Of a stretch of 64,000 nt of DNA, positions 9,910-19,884 are shown one piece after another. The DNA is from a virus. Under the pieces are notes generated by a model, which had not been told where the DNA came from, ran no database searches, and worked only from the letters and a program-made list of their open reading frames with translations. A program made the translations under genes and the position numbers. The stretch lies in IMG/VR virus record IMGVR_UViG_3300025450_000013; one strand, given 5' to 3'. The first letter of the stretch is position 1. Each line of letters opens with the position of its first letter.

Positions 9910-10339
9910 CTTCTTCTTTCTTTTTCTTTATGGCAGACAATAACTCGGCTGCCGAACCAACAAATACAGCCTGTTCTACATTAATGGAATCAGGATTCTT
10001 CTTACGTGGATCGGAGTCCGGATCAGGACCTTTAAGGTCTTTGGTCATTTTCTGGAGTTGATATAGGTCTTTTGTGGTTTCACCAACGGTCTTGATTAGA
10101 GTAGAGACAACCTCAAAACCTCTTGCGGATTCTTGTTGTCGTGCAATCTGTGAGATTTCTTCAATAGCATCATTACCTTTTTCAATAAGGTTTCTGAGAA
10201 CTCTTCTGGCTAATAGATAATCTTCTTCGGCATCCGAATGAGTTTGTGGAGGTTCATACGGCATTATCTCCTGCTTTGGTACAGCAGGAGTTTCATGGTC
10301 AATGCCTAAAGCATCAGATAAGTTTTTTTCAAGTCCCAT
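9890..10339 (-). CDS. gp16: Terminase small subunit
   Basis: EDY..AR..L..LIEKG, R.FEV, VFVGSAAELL; overlaps the gp17 start. Confidence 0.92.
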   Translation of the reverse strand: MGLEKNLSDALGIDHETPAVPKQEIMPYEPPQTHSDAEEDYLLARRVLRNLIEKGNDAIEEISQIARQQESARGFEVVSTLIKTVGETTKDLYQLQKMTKDLKGPDPDSDPRKKNPDSINVEQAVFVGSAAELLSAIKKKKEEDGKDTV

Positions 10340-10344
10340 AATGT

Positions 10345-11517
10345 CTACTCTTTATTTAAAATGATGTTGATCATAGTATCGCCTGTGCCTGTAGCAGATA
10401 CCTTATATATCAAATCGAAATCTTTTGTTACAATTTTATATCTACCAATCTTATCTAGTAATATTTCTAGATAGGCAATCATTAGTTCTTTTGATATAGC
10501 AAGAGCAATACAAGAATGGACTCCATGACCCCATGCCAAATGGCCTGAGGTATCTCTATGTATATCAAACTTGTCAGGATCAGTAAACTTATTAGGATCT
10601 CTATTAGCAGAATCCAAACAAACGGCCACTCTATCTCCAGGTTTTAGATCAACACCATGTATAGTGATTTTTTCAGTTGTGGTTCTGGTAAATCTTCCTG
10701 TAGGAGTATTGAATCTTAGAGATTCGTTTATAGCAAAAGGAATAAGAGATTTATCTTTCAATAATATGTCTAGTTTGTTTTCTCTATATAGGTCCAATGT
10801 AAGAAACTGTAATGCTGATATCAATGAACCAGCACCAGATATAGTAGGAGCACCTGTGAATAGTGATGTTTTAGATTGATCTTTTAAAATAGGATCATTA
10901 AAAGTTTTTAAAAATTCGTTATACACACCAGGACCTTTAGAAGGTGTATTTCCATATATTACATTATCCAACACTCTATATTTAATGCTTAAATTACGAC
11001 TTCTTTCTTCAAAATTTTCAATATGATCCGAATAAACCGCATGTTGACTACATTCTTGTGTTTCTGATATAATATTTTTGACATAATCTTTTTCTAAAGG
11101 AAAATTTAAAATTTCCGCAATAGCCCATGATGCTAGTTCTTTTGTAATTTCCGAAACGTTTAATTGTGTTTGACCTTCAAAAAACTCAATTGCTTTTTTG
11201 GAAAACAAATCAACAACTCTCTTTATGTTGTCTTTGGTATAAGCATTTTTTAAAAGGTTTTTGTATTCGTTATGCAAAGGATTATCGCTCGTACCTAAGG
11301 TATGACCAAATCTAGGAGGATAATCAAAAGGTAAATTGCCTTTTGCTGATGAGAAAATCTCTGGATTACTCAGTATATAATAGACATCATCATATCTGGT
11401 TATGACATAAAGGTTATACTTTTCACTCCAATATGCTGTCTGACTATTTCGGAGTTCTTTGTATATGCTATGTTTGTTTAATAGCCATTCTCCGGATTGT
11501 GGTTCAAACATCACCAT
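10345..11517 (-). CDS. Cytochrome P450
   Basis: YVITRYDDV, DNP.H, K-helix ESLR, SANRDP..F.DPDKF, heme motif HLAWGHGVHSCIA; likely start 11517 (ORF track 11544). Confidence 0.93.
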   Translation of the reverse strand: MVMFEPQSGEWLLNKHSIYKELRNSQTAYWSEKYNLYVITRYDDVYYILSNPEIFSSAKGNLPFDYPPRFGHTLGTSDNPLHNEYKNLLKNAYTKDNIKRVVDLFSKKAIEFFEGQTQLNVSEITKELASWAIAEILNFPLEKDYVKNIISETQECSQHAVYSDHIENFEERSRNLSIKYRVLDNVIYGNTPSKGPGVYNEFLKTFNDPILKDQSKTSLFTGAPTISGAGSLISALQFLTLDLYRENKLDILLKDKSLIPFAINESLRFNTPTGRFTRTTTEKITIHGVDLKPGDRVAVCLDSANRDPNKFTDPDKFDIHRDTSGHLAWGHGVHSCIALAISKELMIAYLEILLDKIGRYKIVTKDFDLIYKVSATGTGDTMINIILNKE

Positions 11518-12955
11518 TTTTTCTCTCCGAATCAATAAATTCAAGTAACTTATCTCTATCTGGTTTTACAGCAACCGTTACAAAAGAATAGTTTTTCATA
11601 TACAAAACACTTTTTAGTTCAACTTCGGAATTATATATTTCTTTTATAATACTTTTAACTTCTTCTTCTTGACCAACAAGTTCTTTACTATCCGTAACAA
11701 TATAAAGTTCATTATAGATTTCATCCACTACAACCTCAAATCTATTTCTAGAACAAAACTTTTCTGCCTTTTCTATTATATCCAATGGATTTATTTCAAT
11801 ATCATTAATTTTTCTTAATTTATTTTTTCTAATGAAATATAAACCGTCTTCCTTTTCATCTACTATATCTTCGGTTATAACTCTTTTACCGTTCGGTAGA
11901 TCAACTGTAAGTAGCCCATCAATTTGTTTTGTATCATAGAAACCGGTGGTTGGTTTACCTAAAAACAAAGGATTAAAATTTTCTGTGGTCTTGTCTATGT
12001 AAGGAACAAGCAATGGTCCACCTGTCTCAGAACAACCAAATGCACTAATGATTTTCTTTAGTTTACCTTCTTTGATAACTTTTAACCACTTTGGGTTTAT
12101 AAATGATACAACTATGATAGTGGTGTCTGGTAAACCAATATCATCTTTTTCTATAGAATCAATGATAGAATCGGTAATAGATGCGTTTGGAGATAATAGT
12201 TTGGTGATATCACGATCTTTAGCAGTCAAAAAGATATAATAAGGATATCCTTTGTCTGCTTCTACTAAGTGTTGAACAGAAAGATAATGTGTCTTGCACT
12301 TACGAATAGATGGAAGATATAACACACTAAGAGAAGCACCATGGTTTATAGAAGACATATGGAATACGGCATCATTATTTTCCAGTTCCATGGGGTGCCA
12401 GTTATAACTACAAAGACCATAAATGTATTCATGGTTATGATATATTAGTTTTGGATCACCGGTGGTTCCACTACTATTACATAAAAGTATATCATCTCCT
12501 GGTCTAGCCCACACAGGGGTTTCATAAGAACATTTTAAAGAATTGGTTAAGTTCCATTCTTTTGTAATACAAATAACTTTATCTGAGTTTTTAATATAAT
12601 GTTGTATGGTTAGATCAAATGCATACATTGTATTTTTATCATCATAACAAACAAAAATATCCAAAGGCATATGTGCTTTTGCTTTTGGTTTAAATGTTTC
12701 GTTTGGTGAATGAAATCTATGTAAGACGGTAAGTTTTAATCCTAACTCAAATATGGCAAAAAGCAATGCTGTATAAAAAATATCGGTAGGTAAAAGTGTG
12801 ACGCCTATTTTATGACCTCTTTTAGCACCACATTCTATTAATTTATATTTACAATAGTCTATTATTCTGCAAAGACCATCTTTATCATATTTTTGGCCAT
12901 AACAGTAAAAAATTGCATCATCATTAATCCATTGTCTAGTAACAATTTTATACAT
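11504..12955 (-). CDS. Adenylate-forming (AMP-binding, ANL superfamily) enzyme
   Basis: P-loop SSGTTGDPK, FGCSETGG, TED, R...KINDIEINP, terminal VKPDR lysine. Confidence 0.85.
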   Translation of the reverse strand: MYKIVTRQWINDDAIFYCYGQKYDKDGLCRIIDYCKYKLIECGAKRGHKIGVTLLPTDIFYTALLFAIFELGLKLTVLHRFHSPNETFKPKAKAHMPLDIFVCYDDKNTMYAFDLTIQHYIKNSDKVICITKEWNLTNSLKCSYETPVWARPGDDILLCNSSGTTGDPKLIYHNHEYIYGLCSYNWHPMELENNDAVFHMSSINHGASLSVLYLPSIRKCKTHYLSVQHLVEADKGYPYYIFLTAKDRDITKLLSPNASITDSIIDSIEKDDIGLPDTTIIVVSFINPKWLKVIKEGKLKKIISAFGCSETGGPLLVPYIDKTTENFNPLFLGKPTTGFYDTKQIDGLLTVDLPNGKRVITEDIVDEKEDGLYFIRKNKLRKINDIEINPLDIIEKAEKFCSRNRFEVVVDEIYNELYIVTDSKELVGQEEEVKSIIKEIYNSEVELKSVLYMKNYSFVTVAVKPDRDKLLEFIDSERKNGDV

Positions 12956-13172
12956 TATTTAATTTATCTTTAAGATCCTGTATAAGAGTTTGGAATTGTT
13001 GTTTTTGATCATCGGTTAATTTATCATAATCAAAACCAGATTCGGTTATATTATTTGCTAGAAAAAAAGGTTCAAATATACTCTGAAGTAATGACTTGTC
13101 AACCCAGTTGTTATTAAAAGGGCACCAAACATAATTAGGTCCTGGAGAAGGAGGTCTTTTGGTATTTGTCAT
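12948..13172 (-). CDS. Small hypothetical protein
   Basis: 74 aa, coupled to neighbours (4-bp gap upstream, 8-bp overlap downstream). Confidence 0.6.
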   Translation of the reverse strand: MTNTKRPPSPGPNYVWCPFNNNWVDKSLLQSIFEPFFLANNITESGFDYDKLTDDQKQQFQTLIQDLKDKLNNV

Positions 13173-13176
13173 ATTA

Positions 13177-13836
13177 TTAACTCCAACTAATGTTTACGTA
13201 ACCGTTTCCACCATTACCACCGTTACCACCACCAGCATTACCACCTCCACCACCACCTCCAGCACCAACTACTACACTTAAATATGTATTCCATGCTGGA
13301 TATCCAGGTGTTGCAATATAAGTCCAAGTTTTAACAGCAAGCCCACCTGCTCCCCCTGGTACAGAAGGTCCTGTTCCGTTACCTGAACCACCGTATCCAC
13401 CGTTAAATGCACCACCTGTATCATTACTATCACCACCTGAAGCAGTACCAAGACCACCTCCACCCAAACTAGGTTGTGATCCACCACCTTGCCCACCATT
13501 TGCTATTACACCGTCAAAGATACTTGCGGTACCATCACCTCCACCGGATCCTGAATACCAATATATGAAAGCGGTTGAACCACCTCCACCGCCTCCTCCA
13601 CCACCAGCTACGGTAACACTTAAAGTTTTGTAGGCAGGAATTAAAAAAGAATAGGTACCAGGAGTAGTAAATGATTGAGAACCTGCAACAGGTTTACCAA
13701 CTGCTTGTGATAGTGATATTTTACCAGATGCAGAACCTAAAAGATATCTAACATTAGGATCACTCATAGAGATTTGAGTAATGCCATTTTTAACAATACT
13801 TGCAATTTGACTCATAGATGGGATAGAGATTGGCAT
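13177..13836 (-). CDS. Glycine-rich fibre-tip protein (gp38-like adhesin)
   Basis: Short helical N-terminus (ISMSD..VR.L.G..SG.ISLS...GK) then GGGGG runs separated by loops; directly after a chaperone-bearing fibre, as gp38 follows gp37. Confidence 0.65.
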   Translation of the reverse strand: MPISIPSMSQIASIVKNGITQISMSDPNVRYLLGSASGKISLSQAVGKPVAGSQSFTTPGTYSFLIPAYKTLSVTVAGGGGGGGGGSTAFIYWYSGSGGGDGTASIFDGVIANGGQGGGSQPSLGGGGLGTASGGDSNDTGGAFNGGYGGSGNGTGPSVPGGAGGLAVKTWTYIATPGYPAWNTYLSVVVGAGGGGGGGNAGGGNGGNGGNGYVNISWS

Positions 13837-13840
13837 TGTA

Positions 13841-15271
13841 TTATCCTATCTTAGATTCAAGTGCTTCAATTTTCTTTTGTTGCTCTTTAATGGCTTCAAT
13901 TAATAAAACGATTATTTTTTCATATTTGACAGCTTTTATACCGTTTTCTCTTACAGCTACGGCTTCTGGAAGGACTCTTTCAATTTCTTGTGCAATAACA
14001 CCAACATCATGTTTACGAACAAAGTATCCGTCTTCACCACCTTTTTCTTTAATGTAATCATCCGTCCAATCAAATTCCACACCACGGATCTTCTTAACTT
14101 TATTAATAGCATTTTCAATAACTGTCACATTTTCTTTAAGTTTTATATCAGATCCATAATATGCAGTAATATCATTTGAGGCCCAAATTTGATTTAGACT
14201 CCAGAATCCACCAGTGTTGAAAAGACCTATATTAGTTCCATTTGTTCTTATATAGACAGGTGTGTTTATATCTGTTCCTAAACTAAGTGCTCCACCATTT
14301 ACAACAACTGATCCCCACTGTGTTGACTGATATTGGTCAGTGAATTGTAGAATACCAGAACCACTTGAACCCGGATAAATTCTAATACCGTAGTTTCCAC
14401 CACCTGTTCTGAAAACACCACCATTACCATCAATATAACTATAAGTACCAAAAGTTGCTGAACTATCAACAGATAAAGATCCTTGAACTCTAAATGATGT
14501 ATAAGCAATACCATTATATTTTGGAATTGCTGCTGATCCTAAACTGTAAGCTGCATTGGCCCAAGCATATGCTCCACTCGCAACAGTACCGACATAATTG
14601 GAATTATATATTGCAGCATTTGCTTGGTTGAATCCTGCATTAGCAACACCAAATGCGTATCTTAATTGATAACCAATATTATTGGCATAGTTATATGCTG
14701 AAGTTGTATTAGCAGTAAGACCGGATACTGCACTTACAGTTAATCCTAAAGTGCTATTAGATTGATCAAATGAACTTGAAACATAATATTGCAATGCATT
14801 TGCTTGATCAAAAGCGGCCGCTGCATTGATTGTAGCACCATAGGCGATAGAATTTATAGAATTTGCAAATGTTCCTACTGAATTAACGGAACCAAATGCA
14901 CTATTAGATGTTAAATAAGCAACGTTTAATTTATCACTTGTTGATGAGATTAAATCATATGAAGCATTAGCAGCTGCCCATGCGGCATTAGCAGTATTGG
15001 CAATAACAAATGATGTTTGTGCGGCAAAGTAAATTCCATTGGCCCAATTAAAAGCAGCATTAGCAGTATTATAAGCCTCGACGGTCTTATTCTGAATTTC
15101 ACCACCAAAGTTAATAAAGATGCCTGATATATTTTCTAAATTAGCAGTAAGATTAGCGACAGAAGTATAAAGTTCACTAAAGTTATTATCAACCTTAGTA
15201 AAAGATACTCTCATTACATCGCCGGTACCGTCATTAGGAACTGTACCTATGTTAATATATTGTTGTGCCAT
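13841..15271 (-). CDS. Tail fibre with C-terminal intramolecular chaperone (peptidase S74)
   Basis: N-terminal INIGTVPNDGTGD..R..F.K...NF.ELY baseplate anchor; SDIKLKENV...GVIAQE..AVKYEK..LLIEAIKE. Confidence 0.9.
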   Translation of the reverse strand: MAQQYINIGTVPNDGTGDVMRVSFTKVDNNFSELYTSVANLTANLENISGIFINFGGEIQNKTVEAYNTANAAFNWANGIYFAAQTSFVIANTANAAWAAANASYDLISSTSDKLNVAYLTSNSAFGSVNSVGTFANSINSIAYGATINAAAAFDQANALQYYVSSSFDQSNSTLGLTVSAVSGLTANTTSAYNYANNIGYQLRYAFGVANAGFNQANAAIYNSNYVGTVASGAYAWANAAYSLGSAAIPKYNGIAYTSFRVQGSLSVDSSATFGTYSYIDGNGGVFRTGGGNYGIRIYPGSSGSGILQFTDQYQSTQWGSVVVNGGALSLGTDINTPVYIRTNGTNIGLFNTGGFWSLNQIWASNDITAYYGSDIKLKENVTVIENAINKVKKIRGVEFDWTDDYIKEKGGEDGYFVRKHDVGVIAQEIERVLPEAVAVRENGIKAVKYEKIIVLLIEAIKEQQKKIEALESKIG

Positions 15272-15297
15272 TGTGATTTTTCCGCTGTTTGTTTACT

Positions 15298-15305
15298 TAT
15301 TTATA
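15298..15305 (-). promoter_or_regulatory. T4-type late promoter TATAAATA
   Basis: Exact consensus; heads a gap-free run from the fibre at 15271 through P450 to gp16/gp17. Confidence 0.75.
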
Positions 15306-15311
15306 CCACTA

Positions 15312-16571
15312 TTAGGTCAGACCAGTTCCTGACATTACAAATGTATTACCACTAGATCCAATACCTTGAACGCAAATTATATGTGCTAGGCCGTTTGCAG
15401 CAAGAGTTCTATTACCAGTGGTAAGACCACCTGCTCTTAATGATACGTTTGTATTCTGTGTAATGGTAATTGATGATGATGTATTGTTAAAAATATACAT
15501 TGTATTACCAGCAGAGAATACAGCATTAGGAACAAAAATTGTTCCTGTAGCAGCAACTACGGAACCAACATCAGAAATAGTTAAACCATATGGGCTCGCT
15601 TTAGAAGAAACGAAACGATTATTTGACAGTGCGGTGTTTGCCACACCAAAGGCCGCATTAATAACACCAAAGGCACTATTAACTGCCGTATAAGTTGTAT
15701 TGGTAAGACCAAAAGCAGCAATAGTGTTGGTTGATACACCATTAGCAAAACCAAATGCCGAACTTAAAGTTGATAGAACATTTTGACCTGCAACAAACAA
15801 TGAACTAGAAACGTTTGTTGATCCTGCAACATCAAGTGTATATTGTGGATTAGTGGTACCTATACCAACATTAGCACCACCTGCAAAGTCCTGAATACGC
15901 ATTGCTTCATTGACTGCAAGAGAACCGCCTACGAAGAAATTTATAAACTTGAAAGTAGAAGTTGAATTAGCCGTACCAATTGAAAGATTGCCATCAGATG
16001 TGTAGAGATAACCATCATTATTAGCATTAATAGTCCATGTTGGTAGGCTATACTTAGAACTATTAATACCAAGATCAATATAGTTTGTGGTATCTGTACC
16101 ATTATCTGCGGTTGCAACAATGTCTGTGGAAGAGTTTACACCAGCATAAGCATTACGAATCTGTAATTGGACTGTATTGTTTTGTGTACCTTCAGCATCA
16201 ATAATATCACCAAAGAGAGCAATTGGAGTTACAGAACCTTGAACGATTGTTAGTGGTGCGGCCGCTGTTGTTGTTCCTATACCGACGTTACCTGTTGGAA
16301 AATATAGAGTTCCACTGAACTTAGAACCTGATGTATTTGGTAAAGCAGTATTGGCAATACCATATGCATTATTTGTCAGAGTATAAACGTTTGCAATTAA
16401 AGAACCGTTTACATCTAATCCTATTAATAAGTCTGAACTACTAGCAAAAAGAGATGATGTAAAACCATATAATTCATTAAAATTAGCATTTACTTTGATA
16501 AACGCATCTCTTAATTTATCACCGGTACCATCATCGGCTGTTGTTCCTGTATTAATTACTTGTTCCGACAT
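15312..16571 (-). CDS. Tail fibre protein
   Basis: INTGTTADDGTGDKLRDAF.K.N.NF.ELY anchor, GNVGIGTT repeats. Confidence 0.85.
   Translation of the reverse strand: MSEQVINTGTTADDGTGDKLRDAFIKVNANFNELYGFTSSLFASSSDLLIGLDVNGSLIANVYTLTNNAYGIANTALPNTSGSKFSGTLYFPTGNVGIGTTTAAAPLTIVQGSVTPIALFGDIIDAEGTQNNTVQLQIRNAYAGVNSSTDIVATADNGTDTTNYIDLGINSSKYSLPTWTINANNDGYLYTSDGNLSIGTANSTSTFKFINFFVGGSLAVNEAMRIQDFAGGANVGIGTTNPQYTLDVAGSTNVSSSLFVAGQNVLSTLSSAFGFANGVSTNTIAAFGLTNTTYTAVNSAFGVINAAFGVANTALSNNRFVSSKASPYGLTISDVGSVVAATGTIFVPNAVFSAGNTMYIFNNTSSSITITQNTNVSLRAGGLTTGNRTLAANGLAHIICVQGIGSSGNTFVMSGTGLT
15630..15755. repeat. 126-bp exact dispersed repeat, copy 1
   Basis: Identical to 37204-37329 by direct comparison. 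Confidence 0.9.
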
Positions 16572-16594
16572 TTACTTGCTCCACTTTTGTCGTT

Positions 16595-17599
16595 TTATTC
16601 TATTTCTGGCCACTCAATGATATCTGTCGTATAACCATAATCGTCCGTTGGTTTTGCATTAATAGGATCTGGAGTTATTTTTATACTTACTAATTCTAAT
16701 GGTTTGGTATAAAATGACGCTAAGGTACAAACACCATTGGTAGACACTGCATGTATGGTATTATTTACTTTAAATATACCTTGAGTAGCACCTAGTACCA
16801 ACTGATTAGATTGACTATTATAACTTATAACAATTGCAGTTGCAGTTGCGGTCCCGTAATTATTACCTTGAAAGACAAAATCATTTATCTTAAATGTACC
16901 GTTTGCGTTTGATGTATTTATCCTTGTTATATATCCAGATTGTAAACTTGTATCGTTCCAGATATTTGCATAAACAGTGCGAATAATCTTTGGATAACTG
17001 ATAGGTCCATAATAATACATCTTCATGGTAAAGTTAAGGGTCCAATTTACATACCTTACAGTATCAAAATCTCCCTCATATTGAATGTCATTTGATACGT
17101 TATTAAGTATGATAGGAACATCTTTTAATGCTCCTAGGTCTGGTATCATATTGGTAGATACGGTAAAATCTGGATTAAAGAATGGTAAAATCTGTTCAAC
17201 AATCTGAGTACCATCGTCAATGTTCCGTGTGTAGATGTTCAACTGAAAGTTAATATCATATGGAACACCCATATAGGATGCTGAGACATGTGTGGTTGTA
17301 TTGGATCTGGCCGCTTTCAATAAAGAGTTTTGTTTTCTTGTGGCGTCATATGTGATACCAGTTATTTCAAAAGACATTCTAGGTAATATAACTTGAACTG
17401 ACTTCAATAAATCTGGATCTGAAAATAAACGAGTAATCATTTTCTCTTTTGGAGAATAAATAATAGGAACTAAAAAACGATTGGTTTCTGCACCAGTTTG
17501 ATCATTTGTTCTAACCAACGTAATGTCATCAAACAAACGACCAAAAAGGACGACTGCTTTACGGGTTAATTGATGATAAAATGGATCGTTACCTAACAT
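16595..17599 (-). CDS. gp15: Tail sheath stabiliser / terminator
   Basis: FG.LFDDI, VPI.Y.PKEK, LPRMSFEI, QIVEQILPFFNP, WTLNFTMK.Y.YGP. Confidence 0.95.
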   Translation of the reverse strand: MLGNDPFYHQLTRKAVVLFGRLFDDITLVRTNDQTGAETNRFLVPIIYSPKEKMITRLFSDPDLLKSVQVILPRMSFEITGITYDATRKQNSLLKAARSNTTTHVSASYMGVPYDINFQLNIYTRNIDDGTQIVEQILPFFNPDFTVSTNMIPDLGALKDVPIILNNVSNDIQYEGDFDTVRYVNWTLNFTMKMYYYGPISYPKIIRTVYANIWNDTSLQSGYITRINTSNANGTFKINDFVFQGNNYGTATATAIVISYNSQSNQLVLGATQGIFKVNNTIHAVSTNGVCTLASFYTKPLELVSIKITPDPINAKPTDDYGYTTDIIEWPEIE

Positions 17600-18486
17600 T
17601 ATGCTTTTCCAAATGGGTTATTTTCTGACAAGTCAAGTATAATACCAGCATCATTATAAACATTTTGATTATCTGTTAAATTATAAGTGGATTGATCATA
17701 TTCATCAACCAATAGTATGGAATAATTTGCTCTACTTGTATTACCAATAATATTAGCATTATTCTGGAATTCACCTACAATGTTATACAACCAAATTGTA
17801 TCATTTGAAGCCATCCATTGTGTGACTGTACCAGAGGCGGTAGAATTTGCCAGAGTACCATCGGGAGATTGATAAACTTGTTCTCCAACATAATAGTCAT
17901 CCGCAATAATTCCTGGTGTTAATTTAAGTGAAATGGTGTAGTTATTATCAATACCAACTTGATCAATCTCTTCAATACCAGTATTAATAGGTTCCTGAGA
18001 TGATCGGAATGCCTCACATCTCAACTCATAAACAAATGGTAATCTTTTACCTAAGGAGTGAAACATTAGTTCCTGTTCAACAAACTTAATCTCATACATT
18101 TTATGAAGCACAGGAACATATAGTAAATCTCCTTCTCTAGGCCTCATTCTAATAGAACCTGGTAGTATATTAAGAAAAGACCTACGTGAAAGGACGAACG
18201 TATCTGTGTCCCTGATCTCTAGTCCAAACTTGGAGAAGAAATCACCTTGACCCTCATGCCCGGTGACATTGGATAGGTAGGCTTCAATAAGGTATGCTTT
18301 ATTAAATGCACTTTTGGAATACTCACCAAAGACCATATCACCTTCATCAAAGGACTCTCTAGGAACATAGTAGATATTGTGACCCATCATCTGTATGGAT
18401 TCCACGATTATATCTTCCATGACTAGGTATTCGTTTGTTATTCTTTCCTGCGATGGATAGTTGTTTATGTAACGGTTGACTGCCAT
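17599..18486 (-). CDS. gp14: Neck protein
   Basis: ESIQM.G...YYVPRE, FFSKFGLEIRD, RPREGDLLY, SENNPFG. Confidence 0.95.
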   Translation of the reverse strand: MAVNRYINNYPSQERITNEYLVMEDIIVESIQMMGHNIYYVPRESFDEGDMVFGEYSKSAFNKAYLIEAYLSNVTGHEGQGDFFSKFGLEIRDTDTFVLSRRSFLNILPGSIRMRPREGDLLYVPVLHKMYEIKFVEQELMFHSLGKRLPFVYELRCEAFRSSQEPINTGIEEIDQVGIDNNYTISLKLTPGIIADDYYVGEQVYQSPDGTLANSTASGTVTQWMASNDTIWLYNIVGEFQNNANIIGNTSRANYSILLVDEYDQSTYNLTDNQNVYNDAGIILDLSENNPFGKA

Positions 18487-18487
18487 A

Positions 18488-19237
18488 TTATCCTACAAGA
18501 AACTGAGGCGGCGCCTGGTATGTTGTCTCAATGTATTGCTCAATCTCTTTAATCTCATTTACAGCTTCTTCAAAGATTTGTTGACCGTTCATTGTAATAC
18601 CGCCTGGTAACTGCATACCACCAAACTTTTTAAGATTGTTACCCCATTGTTTTTTAACATATGCTACTGCTAGTTTTTTTAACATACGGTCATTATAAGC
18701 CTTATTATATGCTTCTGGATCAGTAATAATGTATCCTTCAGCAACAATCCACTGGCCTGAGGTAATGTCTGATGACCAATCCCAGTCAATATAAAGGTTT
18801 TCACTAACACGATTAAAACGGACAGGAGTTTCACCAGAGAAGATCATGTCTAAGGTACGCATATGCTGCATAGTTAGAGCATAGTTTACATAAGAGGTTG
18901 ATGAAAGGTCCCAAAGGTCGTTAAGGCGTAACTGGTATCGAAGGTCAAAGAAGGTCATTGACTGGTTCGTACCACCAACTGGAAATATGTTGGTTACGCC
19001 AATGACATTAGGATTCATTGTGATATATTGATTAGTTATATCGGTATCGGTAATAAGATGCTTTAGATATGTTCTTTCGGTTCCATCATAATGAAACTCT
19101 TGCCAATACTGAAAGGCAAGATTGATAGCATCTTCAACCTGGACATCATCTACGTTAATTGTGATTACAGGGTAACCTAGCTGACGTAGGCAGAAATCTT
19201 TAAGTTCTTGTCTAGATGCTGGTGCTGACTGAGCCAT
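18488..19237 (-). CDS. gp13: Neck protein
   Basis: CLRQLGYPVI.INV, KKQWGNNL.KF.GMQLPGGITMNG. Confidence 0.95.
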   Translation of the reverse strand: MAQSAPASRQELKDFCLRQLGYPVITINVDDVQVEDAINLAFQYWQEFHYDGTERTYLKHLITDTDITNQYITMNPNVIGVTNIFPVGGTNQSMTFFDLRYQLRLNDLWDLSSTSYVNYALTMQHMRTLDMIFSGETPVRFNRVSENLYIDWDWSSDITSGQWIVAEGYIITDPEAYNKAYNDRMLKKLAVAYVKKQWGNNLKKFGGMQLPGGITMNGQQIFEEAVNEIKEIEQYIETTYQAPPQFLVG

Positions 19238-19265
19238 AGTAATCCCTTTATATGGTATTTCATAC

Positions 19266-19283
19266 TATTTAGGATTATTTACC
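19266..19283 (-). promoter_or_regulatory. Tandem late-promoter-like motifs upstream of gp13
   Basis: GGTAAATA and CCTAAATA. Confidence 0.5.
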
Positions 19284-19884
19284 TGAACTTAGGACCTTCT
19301 ACCCATATAACAATTGACTTACGAATACCTAAGTGTACCGGTTTCACTCTATGGATCAGAAAAGATGGAAATGCTATAATCTTACCTCTAGTCATTTCAG
19401 GTGTTCTTGCATCTTCTTCCATTCCAAGGTTTATTTGAAATTCACCCCCTGAGAAATGAACTTGTGGTTCTGATAGTAACATAACCAAAGTTAATTTTCT
19501 GACAGAATCGGTACAATCATTATCACCTAATACCGTATCCATATGCCAGTCATACATTCCTTTATTCAAAGAATCATAAACAGTGTATTGAAAATCTTTA
19601 TAACCATAAAGGTCAAATCCAAAATAAGTTGAATTTATTCTATCAATCACACCGTTAAATTTATCAAAAATCCAATAATTCTCTTCATTTCTGCTGATAA
19701 ATTTTACCTTAGATTTTCTATGCTGTTCACAATCTTCACCTTTACCGACTGTTGTGGATCTATGTAATTCTTCTTTTTGACATAATTTTTCAATGTCATT
19801 CAATTCATTTTCAACAAATAAATTTTCCCACAAAATATAACTAGGTATATTTTTTCTAAAATTCACAGGATCATTTGAAATCAT
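19279..19884 (-). CDS. 2OG-Fe(II) oxygenase (prolyl 4-hydroxylase/PKHD-like)
   Basis: YDWHMD, RKLT, F.GGEF, FPSF..HRV.PV..G.RKSIV.W; start 19884 by TAATG coupling (ORF track 19956). Confidence 0.92.
   Translation of the reverse strand: MISNDPVNFRKNIPSYILWENLFVENELNDIEKLCQKEELHRSTTVGKGEDCEQHRKSKVKFISRNEENYWIFDKFNGVIDRINSTYFGFDLYGYKDFQYTVYDSLNKGMYDWHMDTVLGDNDCTDSVRKLTLVMLLSEPQVHFSGGEFQINLGMEEDARTPEMTRGKIIAFPSFLIHRVKPVHLGIRKSIVIWVEGPKFR

Noticed and set aside
12948-13172. Acyl/peptidyl carrier protein for the ANL enzyme
   Set aside because: DKSLL only loosely resembles the GxDSL phosphopantetheine motif, and the Pro-rich N-terminus does not fit a four-helix carrier
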